Part shown: in pieces, positions 10,801 to 24,085 of the stretch
How the letters are laid out: each line of letters starts with the position of its first letter
Position numbering within the stretch: the first letter of the stretch is position 1
From: Halocafeteria seosinensis
Taxonomy: Eukaryota
Reading direction: 5' to 3'
Assembly (NCBI GenBank): GCA_001687465.1
Contig: LVLI01000190.1
Coordinates: 1-64,000 of the forward strand
Length of the DNA stretch: 64,000 nt
Made by a program: the position numbers and the translations under genes
Notes under the pieces: generated by a model
Databases searched by the model: none
The model's input: the letters and a program-made list of their open reading frames with translations, nothing else
Told to the model about the DNA's origin: nothing

Positions 10801-12342
10801 AAGAGCGATGCATTGGCCATTGATGGCTTGCTTCACAGTCTGTGCGAGGAACGCACTACTTCTTAGTCGAGCCGACCTTTCAGGCGGACTTGGAAGCATG
10901 GCTAATATGAGGGCCTCTATCTGTAGGGCATAAGACGGTGGATACTCTTTGTCAAACAACTTCAAAGAGTCAAGTATTGCTTCTTCAATGTCATCCACCG
11001 ACAAGTCATCAATATCCTTCGTTCCTTTGTCTGAACCCTCCAAAAGTTTCCAATTCTCATTATACGCGTCGTCATCATCCTGTTTTTGATACACACTATC
11101 TGAAAATGCGCCTTGAGTATCGACGGAGTTTTCTTTGGTGAAAGAGCCAACGTAGCTACCGTCCTTGTGCGGGATATACTCATACGACACTTCCGATTTT
11201 TGACTTGCCCATCTGGTTTCATGCATAGCATCGGCAGCCTCTGCTGCGAGGGAGCCGGGGCGCTTTGGAAAAGACGTTTTAGACTGAGAGGAGCTGTCTT
11301 CGTTTCGAAAATCTCTCAATTTGTTAGCTTCGTCCTTCAAAAACTGCGAACTGTCCCGATGGTCACTTCCCTGTCGGTACTCCTGACTGAACGTTGGGAA
11401 ATTACCTCCACCAGAGGCATAAGTCCGAAGGGGAGATCTGGCATTGTTGCTTGCACGATGATACGCTGGAGACAAATTGGGTCGAACTACTTTGGGAGGA
11501 GGTTTGTATTCATCTCTACTAAGAAAAGCGACCACTTCTGGACAGCCGCGCACTGCAGGGATGTCGGTGAGCTTCCTCAGGTAATAGTGAAGTTGTCGAC
11601 GCCTGCACATCAACACAAATTAGCAAAACATATCATGAAATGACGTCAAGCCTACTGCTACCTACCTTTCACGAATGAAATCAGGCTGCAATACGCCCAT
11701 GATCTTCTTTGGGGGCAACCGGGGCAGCATCTCCGTTACGTGGCCAGGCAACTTCTTATGTAACGTCTGGTGTAAGGTGCTAAACTCTCGGAAACGCTTT
11801 CGAACAACCCATTCAGCAAAACCATCGGACACGCGAATATGGTAGAGTGTGAATGTTCCGCTGGGGTCAGTCGTATCCTTGTCAATAGTTGCTCGCAATG
11901 TTGTCGTAGTGCTGTTCTTTTGCCCACTACCGGCAACGTATTCATTCGACATCGCATCGGAGTCTTCCATAACTGTTGAGAACGCTAAGTTACCGTTTCT
12001 CTTTGTAAGCCAGTCATTGATAAACTTCACTGAACCATCTAGCCGCACATCCGTTGACACCTTGCGGTTCATTACTTGGTTTTCGTTCCCAGGGAAATTC
12101 TGTTGGCTTCCTTGCTGTGCACTAACTCGATGGAAAATTCTATGTAATGGCTCTCCTGGGCGCTGGGTGCGCTCAGATGTGCCATCGTTAAAATCTGATC
12201 CACGTTGGGTGCCATTACTGGCCGCCGGATCACCTTCAGAGATGCGGTTGCAGTTTTGCATACTTTCACTGTCGTCGTTTGTAATACTATGTAGAACTTC
12301 CCGCGAAGGTTCCTCTTCCTCGTATAGTGAGGAATTTCTCAA
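7825..12342 (-). CDS. PX-domain protein with degenerate PAP/OAS1-type nucleotidyltransferase region and C-terminal OST-HTH/LOTUS-like domain
   Basis: PX: FTLYHIRVSDGFAEWVVRKRFREFSTLHQTL..LPRLPPKK..FIRERRRQLHYYL, joined across an intron at ~11603-11665. Also LLRRSIML..PLHALAWLL..FPWDTHALTFEGKVPL and LPVGEIGKLL..WGGLKKFLEQHPDVF. Confidence 0.8.
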
Positions 12343-12999
12343 ATGGTGTTGATAACCATCGACACCGTAGTACTGAGCCTCTCTGCATCACATTTCACAC
12401 CAAAACAGTTTTCCTGCCGAGAGCATGCACCGGATAACAAATTGAATCTCACGCTCCACCAGCTCTATAGACGCCAGGAAGATACTGCCAACCCTTTACA
12501 AGGCTCGAGACAGCATATTTCCTCCAACTTCATGGTATCTAATGGCATGGCCTGCTACTTCAACTTCGACGAAATGCTTCCGACTCTTACCTGGATGTGC
12601 TCCCTTGTTCCATACCGATGGAACCTGGGTACCTCGCGGTCGGAAGAAGGATTTAGTAAAGGATTGGGTATGCGGTATCACTCGTGACAGACCCCATTAA
12701 AGGATAAAAAATGAGTCAAGCCAGGAGAAACTTTCCCTTTCTTTGTTCAAGTTAGAGGAGTCTACACGGTGTATAAATCAACGCAACTCATGCACATACG
12801 ATTCACAATGCACCGCCTTAGTTTTTCGTGGATTCCTACTGATCAATCTCTATACATGCACTCATAAATGAAGGGGGCCGCATGAACCTGTAAATGGCAT
12901 AAAAGATTGTCCGGTTCAGTTGTCCTTGGTGGGTTTTGTAGCCCGTATGTGCCATACGAGGAGTCTTATTACACGCAATCAAAGTGTACAAACAAAGAA

Positions 13000-15222
13000 A
13001 TGTGGAGAAACGAGTGCAAAATCACAGCATGGGTCGCTCATGTGATATTGGTTATAGCCTGCCTTACAGCGAGTGAAGGAATTCCTCTTAAACAGAAGCT
13101 GGAGCAAGGAAGATATTCAGAACTCCTGGAAGATATTGAGCGAGCACAACGAGATACGAACTACAAAGGTAAAGATGAGGGTCTTCTTCAATACTGGATG
13201 TGGCATTTTAAAGGGCACGCTCTGTATGGACTGGGTCGAATAACCGAAGCAAGGGAATCCTTCGGGAAAGCAATTCGGAGTCCACATGCTTCGGCCTTTG
13301 ATTACGAGAATTATGGTTCCCTCCTGCTCTTTGAACACCATCATACCGAGGCGGTCGCTGTACTTACTTCATATTTGAGAAGTTCTGCAGCTCAGAACAG
13401 CTCAAGAAGTCTCGTTCCTCTGTATAGCATATTACATCGAGCCATGTGCGCATCCTTATTATGGGCTGACTTGGAAGCTCTAGAATTCCTCCTCGATGAG
13501 CATATTGAGAAAAGCGTTGCAAACGGAAGAAAGCCACTAATCAAGTCTAGTGAATACCATGTTTCCTCCATTGAACTACGACAGGAGCTCACCTCTGTGA
13601 TTGCACTAGGGTATCCATCGAGAGCAAATCTTCCTGCCAAACATCTACTCTCGAACAGAATACGGGAATCTCCCTTGCGGCTAGGTGGGTAATCGTTGTT
13701 ATAGTTAAACGATTTTATTTACTCAGAGATAACATATGTATACGTTTCTCGAGGAGCAGGTTTCCTTTCAGGGAGCTTCGGCAATCATCCTGTGGGAAGA
13801 TTGGTATCCGATTTGGTGTCGAGCCTTACATTCCCGGGGATACAGGTTACGGTATTCTCTCGCTCTCGAATTAACGAAACTTACACGTGGTTTGCTAACA
13901 TCGTAAAGGCCGTAGAGGTTGTCGACATCCACGACGTCGATGCACAGACAGCTGCTAACATTATCAACAACGCCGGGGTTGAGATCCTAATTGACCTTGA
14001 TGGACATACGCTGCACGGTTCTCCAACCATTCTGTCGCACCTGAGTTGTGTAATTGTTGAATATTTAGGATACCCAGGAACCACATCGCTAGATTCCGTC
14101 GACTTCATGATCACAGATTCTCAGGTCATTTCCGTTGAAACCGGACCGCAGTACTTTACTGAAAAGCTCGTGATTGTCCCAGAAACTTACCTGGTCAGTA
14201 GCATTTGTACTCTTCAGCCCCACATAGAATTGTTACCTCCTGCAAGCTTCTTGGAGATCGATGATTTCTCACGTCTATCTTCGGAATTCGGTTCGGTAAG
14301 AATTATATCGAGAGGCATAAATTTGTCTTGAAAGAAAACACGATTTTGTCCTCTCTGAAATACAGACAGAGCCAATTGTGCTATCAATGCTCTGCCCACT
14401 CCACCGCGTCACCCCGGCAGCGGTTGAAACTTGGTCTAACATACTGCGGTCAGTCCCTGAAGCGGTGCTATGGTTGACCGTTCCGAGTACACAGGCTGTA
14501 AGCGAGCATACATAACGCGTAGACGGAAGTTGGTTTCGCGGAAACTTCCAAGTGTCATTACGGTGCAGGCAATTCGCAGACTGAGAGAGCAATTCGTCGC
14601 GCGGGGTATATCATCCAGCAGAATACTATATAATGCTCAGACAGACCATGTTGACCACGTGCGGAGGCGATCTCTTGTTCACCTTTTCCTAGACTGCTTC
14701 ATGCGTTCTGCACACTCCTGTAAGTTGGATCAATTATTGTCAAAACCACGGTTGATAGAACCTAATCGTGCATTATCGCATGATACCGCAGCAACAGTAG
14801 ACACAGTGTGGGCATCAACGCCTTCGCTGTCACTCAGGGGAGAGACAATGGACTCTCGAGGTACATCGACAATACAAAAAAGTGTGTTCTGCGGTAGCAA
14901 CACAGGAACAGCACTCCAAAATGCTTGTTTGATTGGAAAACTCCACCCCTTAGATACCACTTCCGTAAGGGAATACGAGGATTTAGCTGCTACTATAGCT
15001 GTGGCTCCAACGCTCTTGAAACTTCTACGCGAAGAACTGATTAGTTCCCGAAAGCTCAAGCTTTCGAAGATATACAATCCATCGTTAGCCGCTACATCTT
15101 TTGTCAAAGCCACGCGATTGATGACAGAAGCCTGTTCGTTTCCGAGCAACCGGGATACGAGACGAAGACCATGTGGATACCACATCGTTGCCGACCCAGA
15201 AACGGTCCACCTGCGAACATGA
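13000..15222 (+). CDS. GT41 O-GlcNAc transferase/SPINDLY-like protein with TPRs and a hydrophobic N-terminus, multi-exon
   Basis: TPR KGHALYGLGRITEARESFGKAI; RLGFLSGSFGNHPVG; ILIDLDGHT; YLGYPGT..DFMITD; WSNILRSVPEAVLWL; HLFLD. Confidence 0.88.
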
Positions 15223-15314
15223 AGCGCCGTAACCCTATTCTGCAGATGAAGAGTATGCATCGAGCGTATTGTGTTGCTAGAGAGCAGGCTATAAGTATGA
15301 AGTCGACTCAGTGA

Positions 15315-16243
15315 TTAGCGCTGAGCTTGGCTGGACCGCGTTCTTGCAGGTTTCTTCGCACCTCCATGCTTCTCAGAAGCAGATCGCTTCCGTTTGGAGG
15401 TCGAAGTAGAGTTTCGCTTTGCCGCTTTCCCCTGTTTCTCATCTGGGCGCAAATATGCCTTGCGTTTGGATGCTGGCAATCGTTCAATGGAGTATCGGAG
15501 CATCACCCGCGGCATTACCCTACAGTGCTCGTCCAAGAATTCCTCAAGTTTTGACACATCCTTCTTGCCTACTTCGCGTAGCATCCAACCGCAGGCCTTG
15601 TGTATGAGATCATGCGTATCTTGGAGAAGCAATGCGGATATGCTTAGTGCATCCTCTAGGTCGCCTTTGCCGATGAAGTAGTGGGTGGACAGCATTCCGA
15701 TGCGTCTTTCCCAAAGGTCTTCAGATTTTGCAAGCCGATATAATACATCTCTAGATGATTTAGTTTCATACAACCAAGCTCCTACGATCTTGGGAGCTGT
15801 AGTATCCACCAGATCCCAATTATTGATGAATTTCGTGTGGTTCAAATAGAATTCATAGATCTCTTTTCTCTCCTGCTTGGATGCTCGAGGCCATCGGTAT
15901 ACTAGCACCAGGAGTGCTCCCAACCGCTCCTCGTGGTATTCCGACGAGAGCAATTTATCCACTTCGGAGAGCGACAACGATTCCACGAAGTCTTTCTGAG
16001 ATACGATCTTGCGGATCCATGGTACTCGAAGACCTGCAAACGAGAGAAGTACATGTATTTCGCTTCATGAGGTACAAGGCGATTCACTGAATACAATCTT
16101 GTCGCACCTAGGAATTTATCCCCTTCCGCGTATTGGCCCTTTGCCGTCTTGAAGAAACGCGAATAGAACGGAACGAGTTTGGAGTCGGCTACCTCTCGCA
16201 GTTTACCGCTGAGGTGTTTGGCAGTGATAGCTCGAGGCGCCAT
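15315..16243 (-). CDS. alkD: AlkD-like DNA alkylation repair glycosylase
   Basis: FFKTAKGQYAEGDKFLG, SEYHEER, INNWDLVD, SEDLWERRIG, DLIHKACGWMLREVGK, MPRVMLRYSIER; one intron. Confidence 0.93.
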
Positions 16244-16608
16244 ACTGCAACAGTGACTTTTCAAAAAGGCGAAGTTATCAATGATCAATGTCGAGGTATC
16301 AAAAGGTGTAAACTATGGGGCTCATAGTATGAACAATACAATTGCTTCACAACTCAGTTGAATTGGAATACCAAAGCACCACAAGCTGAAACAGCAACAC
16401 GAGCTAACGGCCATATTATCATTATGATGATGAAACACAGGAGCTTTGATGTGACATCATACACTGGTTGTGGTGATGTAGCTACTATGTTCCGCGCGAA
16501 TTGTCTATATATGTATAGCCACAACTCTGGTTAGCTGCAAATCATAACCATAACCATAACCACAACTGATATTGTGGGAGCAGTCAGAGTCCGTTCCTAT
16601 TTTCCTGA

Positions 16609-19537
16609 CTATCCCTGTTCGTCGCCCTCATCGTCGTAATCTACTTCAGTCTTCTCTCCAAGACGAACCTTATAAGCCCATTCTTTCATATCATGTTTAA
16701 GTTTACGTTCGTCGATGGTAAGCAGATGCCGACCGGCAAGGAGTTGTGTCCCAGCCACCCATACATCAGTGACGCTGTACAGCAAAGCACATTGAGAAAG
16801 ACATCCACTATACTAATATGACAGTATAATGGCTTACCAGTGACGATCCATTGCGTAGACCAGATGGGAGATGACATTGTAAAGCGGCATCTGCTCCAAT
16901 CCATCTAGACGAACAGCAGTCATGTCCGCAAACTTTCCTATCTCCAAGGAGCCGGTATCTTTCTCTAGTCCCAGTGCCTTAGCGCCGTTGAGTGTTGCCA
17001 TTTTCAATACCTGCTCGTGTACATTAGAGGAGCGCCAGAAGACATAAAGTTATCAATAACACCAAACAACATCGGAATTGCCAAAGTAACATACATTGAA
17101 CGCAGGAGCGGCCGTGGCATCCTTGGAGACGCCCTTCGCTAGTATCGCCGCAAGCTTCATCTCTCCAAACATATCAAGACTGTTATTAGAAGCGCTTGAA
17201 TCTGCAAAATGGAAGAAGAAAGTCACCGGGACAGTTGGTCTTTGACACATAGAATTGACAACCATACCTGTCCCGATGGCGACGTTCACACCTGCTTTTT
17301 CTAACTCCCAAATAGGAGAGAATCCCGATGCCAATTTCATGTTGGACGAAGGGCAGTGCACAATATTGCAACCAGTTTCAGCAACCCGAGCAATTTCTTC
17401 CTCAGTTAACTGCATACAGTTTGATACAAACCGAGGGTTACCGTAAAAACTGCTCTGAATGAATGTGGAATAGGAGTCCATTCAGGACTATTAAAGCGTA
17501 CCTGAGTCATGTGTACTGCTATCATTCTACTAGTGATCAATCCTAGTTTGTCGAGGTTCTCAAATGGGCGGCATTTATTGTCACTGAGATGTTTCGATGG
17601 CCCGTCAATCCCCTCTGAAGACTCCCGGGTCTCTGATTCGGTTTCATGCAAATGAAGGTGGATGGGCACATCAAATCGTTCAGCAAGCTCCTTAACACGC
17701 AGAAAACTCTTTTCGCTGACTGTGTATGGAGCATGCGGTGCTATAGAAAATTGAATCCGTCCTGCGTTACGTAACTTCGAAAGAAGTAGCTGCCACGATC
17801 AATTCTTCCCTTAAGCGGATGGCTTACCTGTAGGGTCGCGCTTCTTCCAGTAACTACACAACTCCACTGCTTTATCGAGGCACTCTTCGGCATTCTGGGA
17901 ATCGGAAGTGGGGAACTCAATGCATACTGCGCCGACTCGGGCCCGAAGTCCCACTTCATACAATTCTTCAGCGACTGTCCCTCCAAAAAAATGCATGTCA
18001 TTAACGGTAGTAACCCCGCTGCGAATACACTCTGCAGCGGCGAATCGAGTACCATGAGAAGTGTACAAGGGCGATAGAAGCCTGGCTTCTGCAGGCCAAA
18101 TGTCCATCGTTAGCCATTCCATAAGCGGTTTGTCATCCGCGAGTCCACGCATGTTGTTTAGGGCCAGGTGCGTGTGTGCGTTGATTAGTCCCGGAATGAG
18201 AGCATGGTGGCTAAGGCGAACCGTGCGATGTGCCTGGTAGCGTTCGCTTACGTCAGCCGAAGGAAGGACGTCAACGATACGTCCTTCGCGAACGACTACA
18301 CAATGATTCTCCAAGGCTTTATTTTCGGGTTTTACCGGTACTACATAACTGCACGTATAGCCACCAAGGTTTGGTATCTTTTTACCACTGAGCTCTGTTT
18401 AGCCATCTCAGAGGTATATCACTTACTGAGCGTGTACGATTAGGTCAACAGTTTCAATTTTAGACTCTGATCGGCCGGTCGATCCGTCGGTGCTCTGTTC
18501 AACCTCTTTATACCGTTTAATCTCTTGGAATCTTGCGTATGACAGCGAGGCAAGCTTCGGTACGACGCTTCCGATAATCTGGAAGATCTTCGGGAGGTTT
18601 GTAGCTTGCGCCTTCTTGAAATCCGCAACGCTAAAATCCGTCGAAATTCCATGGGCATAGTTATCGACAACAGATACCATGGCGTATGGCAAGCCGACTT
18701 CTTGACAAGCTGAGGCTTCGTGAGCTCCCGTCATTCCAATTACATCACCAGCTTCGGCAAACATGCGAACTTCTGCTTTGGTTTCGAACCGTGGACCACG
18801 ACTGTTGACGTACACGCCTCCAGCATGAACTCCTATATTCAGCGATCCTAGTGCTTGTAGGAGATGCTTATGAAGGTCCCCGTCGATTTTAGGCATAAAG
18901 TGTCCCCGGTGGTCAGCATGGACTGCATTCGCACGAATGTAAGTGTCCGTCCAGTTAAAGCAACACTGCACAGAATCGACGTACCTGGCCGTGTATCATA
19001 GGGGCAATAGTAGTCATCTGGCAAAAGCACCGTCCCAAGGGCTAACCCGCTCTTGAGAGATCCTACTGAACAAATTCCAACCACATGTGTACAGCCCTGC
19101 AGACCAAATCGGGATCATCCAGTCCATCCGCTGTCCTGTCCTCAGGGCGGAAGTCGTACTGTACGTACCAGATGCTTGAGAGCAATGGCAATGGCCGAGT
19201 AGTTGATGTCGGCCGGTTGGGTGTAGCGCTCGCCGGCATTCGCTTCATGGCGCTGTGTAAACACTAAATTAACCTCTTCTTCCTGACTGCGTTCATTGGC
19301 CTTGATTACGCATGTTCTATACACCACCCTTCCCATGGGAGTCTCCACATCCTCGACGCGAGCCTTGCCGAGCGTCTGGGCTATCTCCTGCTCCTTGGGG
19401 GACGCCGAAACGGCGGTGTCCTGGAGATGTAGGAGACTACTACCGCCAATAATGCCCACCACGGGGCCTTGAGGCGCTACGATGGAGCCCGAGGAGCGTC
19501 TCCTGCTGCCTCGGGAGGATGAGTGAGAGTGAGACAT
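16609..19537 (-). CDS. Fusion of an MTAP-family (methylthioinosine-type) phosphorylase with an MTA/SAH deaminase (amidohydrolase), multi-exon
   Basis: N-part: GIIGGS, QRH, SVGSL, PDDY, GPRFETKAE, DVIGMT, VDNYAHG. C-part: LIPGLINAHTH, MRGLADD, APHAPYT, HLHET, AVH, VHCPSSNMKLASG, MATLNGAKALG, GSLEIGKFAD. The 78-nt intron 18349-18426 joins the two in frame (DLIVHAH/YVVPV). Confidence 0.9.
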
Positions 19538-19731
19538 AGTTGGTCAAAATTGTCTTGTTTTTTGTAGTACAACACCCACTATATTGGTATCAAAACTTTT
19601 GGGTATTGTACGTGTTATTATAGAGTGAATAGAATTAGAAATTGACCGTAAACGGCCCGATTTTTGATTTGAAGTGGCTCCGGAAAGAACCCTTATACGC
19701 CTTCCATACATAATATACACCCCTAACCAAG

Positions 19732-21783
19732 ATGTCAGGGGAAAGCAGAAGTGCCCAAGATATCTATAACTCTCTCAAAAGAGCTGCTCAACGAGAGGAA
19801 GAGCAGAAATCGGCCTCCTCATCGACAGCTGGAAGTACGTCCTGGTCCAATACAGAGATGATTATTCCTTTTTTTTTAAAAAGAAAAGGAGAAGTGGAAC
19901 AATCATGGTTGGATGATGCAGGGAATGATCCATGGAGACACTTTCGAGAGATCATGCAGCAGCGTGCCAAAAAGCGGCAGGAGGAATTGGAGGCTCAACA
20001 TCCGTCATTTAAAGTAATTCCAACCTTTTTCAGGAAGTCATCCAAGCAGTACGTGACTCGCCATTGACGTATCTAGAGATATACTTCTTTTTTAATATTT
20101 GAACCGGTTCATGTTGGATGGTCAGCGTGGAAGACTTATTGGAAGAATCTGAACAAACAGAAGGGATGGATCCCACGGTAACTGTTTATCCGATGAAGCA
20201 ATTGGCTCATCAAAAATTGATTGAAAAGAAAACTCAAGAGCTTCCCGATGAAAGAGTAAGCATATACCCTCTGTCTAACTAGTAAGCGATGTATCGGTGC
20301 TTTATCGACTCATGCAGGATCTTCAAGACATTGTTCGACTTCTTACCGAGGTGTCCAATTCTGAGGAGTACGAGTCGGATGAAGCGAAAAAACAAACAAC
20401 CTACAATAAAGAAGAGCTTGATTTTATTAATTACGATCAATTCTGTCGAGTCAGGGACCGTTGCTCTGCCAAAGCGAAGCGTTACTTTGCTCCTTCGGTT
20501 TTTTTGAAGGTGCGTTTGTGTGTTCTTACTGGTAATTATGCGCAGCGGAACCCACTACTCGCAAATATGCAGTTTGCGCGAGATAGCAGACATAGGATAA
20601 ATGCGCAAGTCTTTTTCCAGTACGTGTTCGCACGACTATCGGTGGAGCAGATTCGCGTCCATCTGAGGTATGTATCATGTTACTACCTATTCCGTGCTAC
20701 CATGTCTCGTTTATTTCTTTTGAGAACAGCACGTATGATTCAACCACGGATGATCACTTGCGCGAAGAAGATCTTGAATGTTATATTGATGACTTAATAC
20801 CTGTGATTCGAGGCCTGGAAAAACTGGATGAATCTTTCCACCAGTACTATATTTTTACCGCCGTGCGCAAGTTTATGTTTTGTCTTGACTCTAAGAACCG
20901 TGGGAAAATTCCAGTGAATGAGGTCGCCTGCTCTCGAGTAATGGCGGAACTATGTGAGCTTCGAAAGGATTTGGAACCCGTGAACGACGAACCATTGGTG
21001 TACAGCGACCAGAGCGAACCCAGCGGCTGGTTCTCGGCAAATGGAGCCCTTGCAGTTTACACGGCCTATGCAGAACTCGATAAAGACGGCGACGGATTGT
21101 TAACGGCGGATGAATTGTCGAAATATGGCATGGGTACTTTGACAAAGTGCTTTGTTGAGCGGGTGTTCCAAGAATACCATACATTTGAGGGCTATATGGT
21201 AAGTGGAGAGAGACGCAATTGTATATTGCCATCCGGTTCGTTTGAAAGCAGAGCAACGACTGTACAGGACTACAAGGGATATCTGGATTTTGTACTCGCC
21301 ATGGAGCTGCGCCGAAGTGAAGCGTCCGTGAGGGTAAGCCTTTCTTGCGTAGGTTGGTGCTGCTGAAGCCGCGGGGTGACCCGTTATTCTTGTACGCCAG
21401 TATATTTTCCACGTGCTTGACACTGGCCATAAAGGGTATCTTACGTTAGACGAGATGACCTATTATTTCAAAGAAGTTACTAAGGTAATCCAATCATTTG
21501 GACAAGATCCGCCTTACGTCAAAGATGTCATCGTAAGTTTCCTATCTGTTGAGTACTAACGGTGCGCAGTACTCTGTTAACACATGATCGTTTGCAGACG
21601 GAGTTGCTGGATATGACCAAGCCGGCGACACCGGGCATCATAACATTTCAAGACTTGCAACGGTGTCGGCTTGGCCACATTGTACTTCATGTGTTGACGG
21701 ATGTTCAAGGATTTTGGCAATACGATAATAGAGAACACGCCGGCATGACCCCTCAGAGCCCCGCCCACGATGAACTGGGATGA
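19732..21783 (+). CDS. PPP2R3C: PP2A regulatory subunit B'' gamma (TON2/FASS-like), multi-exon
   Basis: FINYDQF..YFAPSVFLKF, YYIFTAVRKFMFCLD, WFSA..AVYTAYAELDKDGDGLL, FVERVFQE, DYKGYLDFVLA, DVQGFWQYDNRE. Confidence 0.92.
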
Positions 21784-21807
21784 ACGAAACTCCCATCGTA
21801 CTCCTCT

Positions 21808-24008
21808 TCACCGGCATAGCTCAAACAGAGTCTGGAGCATTCTGACAAAGCCAGTTCCAGCACAAGAGGGCGGTCGCTGACTAACTTCTTGAATATCGTC
21901 ACTTGCAGCTTTGGGGCTGGTTTCGGAAGAGGTAGTTTTGACTCCAAAGGCGTCATACCCTCCCTTATCCGTGTACCTCCCATGGATTAGAACGGCCACG
22001 AAGACTAGGAATAGCGATACCAGCGTTATGTAGCCGAACGATGCTGGATTGGACACAATGACTCCCATTAATGGCTCGAGTAAACCAAAGAGCATGTTTA
22101 GACTGCTCTGTACGCCATTGATAGTACCGCGGCTTTGCCTGGGGACCGCTACCTGCAAGAGTTGGTTGACGGGTAGATCAAAGCCCCAAAGACCCCAGCG
22201 AGAAATGGAGACTCCTAGCATTAGCATTATCGATGCCCAAATGGGTACTCCATGCAAGGACTTTAGTTTTTCTGGTAATCCCGTCTGCTCAACTTTTGTA
22301 TCGCTGATGAACAGTCCCCCATAGAATTCTGGATCCAGCGTATATGGCACTATGGCCGTGCATAGGCTTACAGAGAGAAGCATTAGCCAAACTGCCAGCA
22401 GGGCTGCCCGATCGAGCCCCACCTTTCTCTTGAGACTGCAGTGCAAATACAGACGAAAAACAGCCGGACACAAGTATGAAACTGTTTGATGTTAGCAAAG
22501 AAGGAGAGAATAATATCCACGTACTATCTGAACGAAATTGTAGCCAAGATTCCAAAGACTGCTCCAAGCCCTCGGAAAATTGCAATGACGTAAGGTGGCA
22601 CACCAGCCCAATTCAGTACAACAGTCATAATGGAACCGAACTGAAGAACGGATACAAATAGGAGTGCAAGAGCCAGCCCAGCAGGCATTATCTTCTGCTT
22701 GGAATACACCGCCCAGCCATTTTTGAGATCTTTAAAGGGAGCCAATGCGAGGAACAGTGCTTTTCTGCAGTAACTTCGGGCAAGCTCAGTGGTTTCTGTT
22801 TCATCCGCTACTTCCTCTTCCTCTGCTTCTCCGTCCATTTGATCAGCTTCCTGTTGCTCAGCCTCTACCGCTATTATATCCTTATGCACTCTCGCAAGTA
22901 ACACATATTCAAAGTAAAGGGAACCCAAGTTGGATACCGCAATAAACAGAGCTCCTGTGATGACAGAGTGAGCAAACTACTTTTTTCCTGTACCAATATC
23001 AGTGGTAGCGCGACCACGCACCTCCGACAGTCGACCATGTAAGAACTAGCGATACAATGATGGGTGCTCCAATTTTGCATATCAGATCTATCCGTCTCAT
23101 GACACTATTCAATTCTGCACGATGCAAACTGCAATAGAGGGGAGGTCAATAAACGTTACCATCCTCTTCCCCTACCTGACAGAGCATCATCATCTCTTCC
23201 AGCAACAATAACAGCCCAATCTTTCTCTACGGCCACGTTGCTTCCGATAGTGGCGACTCTGTGTGTGTGCGAAGTCACCCGCATTATAGAAATAGGGAAC
23301 ACATGAATTAACGTCGTCGGCACCACTTACTTTGCAGTACATGCGAATAGAATAACGAGCACGGCCATGAGGCCGAATGGCGCTGTGAGGGTTGTCGAGT
23401 TAGCCTCTTCATCGTTGCTTTTGTTGTTCTGTTGGCGATTGCCTTCGTTGATCCAATACAGTAGAATCGAGCACAGTGCACTCAACGCAATTCCCGAGTT
23501 CTGTCCTAACAACGATCTCCGTACCACCGCTAGTCGGTCGTGTTTCATGTTATCTACCCACTTGCCAACGAGTCCCCCAAAGATCACTGCCGCCAATGTT
23601 TCAAAGAATGTAAAGACGGCTGGTAACAGAACCGATCCAGGCCAAGTTGCAGCCAGGATAAGAGCAGCTCCAAACTCCCACATTCTCCATCCAAAGGCAC
23701 TCATAAAATCTGCACACACACACACACACACCATACATACGTTTACGTGTCTTCATTTCTGTATGTATGTCTTCACAATTCCACCATCACCTACGACTGC
23801 AATACATCTTCCGTCGCGCCGCTCGTCTTCGTGGGGCGTTCCCCATTTGTAATGGAGCTGGTCCATGGTCCTCTGCGTCCGTATGAGTGCCTCCATCATC
23901 GTCATTATGGTCATTTCCGTCGTCTCCTGCTGAGGCGGCTTCATCGTCACTGAGCACTAGTTCATCATCATACTCCTCTTTTCCCGGGATTGTTGTCCTC
24001 TCTGCCAT
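21808..24008 (-). CDS. SLC40A1: Ferroportin (SLC40) metal exporter, multi-exon
   Basis: FMSAFGWRMWEFGAAL, GGLVGKWVD, VAVEKDW, YFEYVLL, LALALLFVSVLQFG, SRWGLWGFDL, RGTINGVQSSL. Confidence 0.92.
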
Positions 24009-24085
24009 TTTTATTTTTATTATACATGTATGTACGTATTTCCTACCTAGCAAACAAACAAACAAACAAACAAACAATACATGTA

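Noticed and set aside
8136..11643. Many antisense and alternate-frame ORFs over long genes (also across 49-56 kb)
   Set aside because: Shadow ORFs of long coding exons with no independent motifs.
23713..24076. (CA)n and (CAAA)n runs
   Set aside because: Ordinary microsatellites in an intron and a short intergenic gap.
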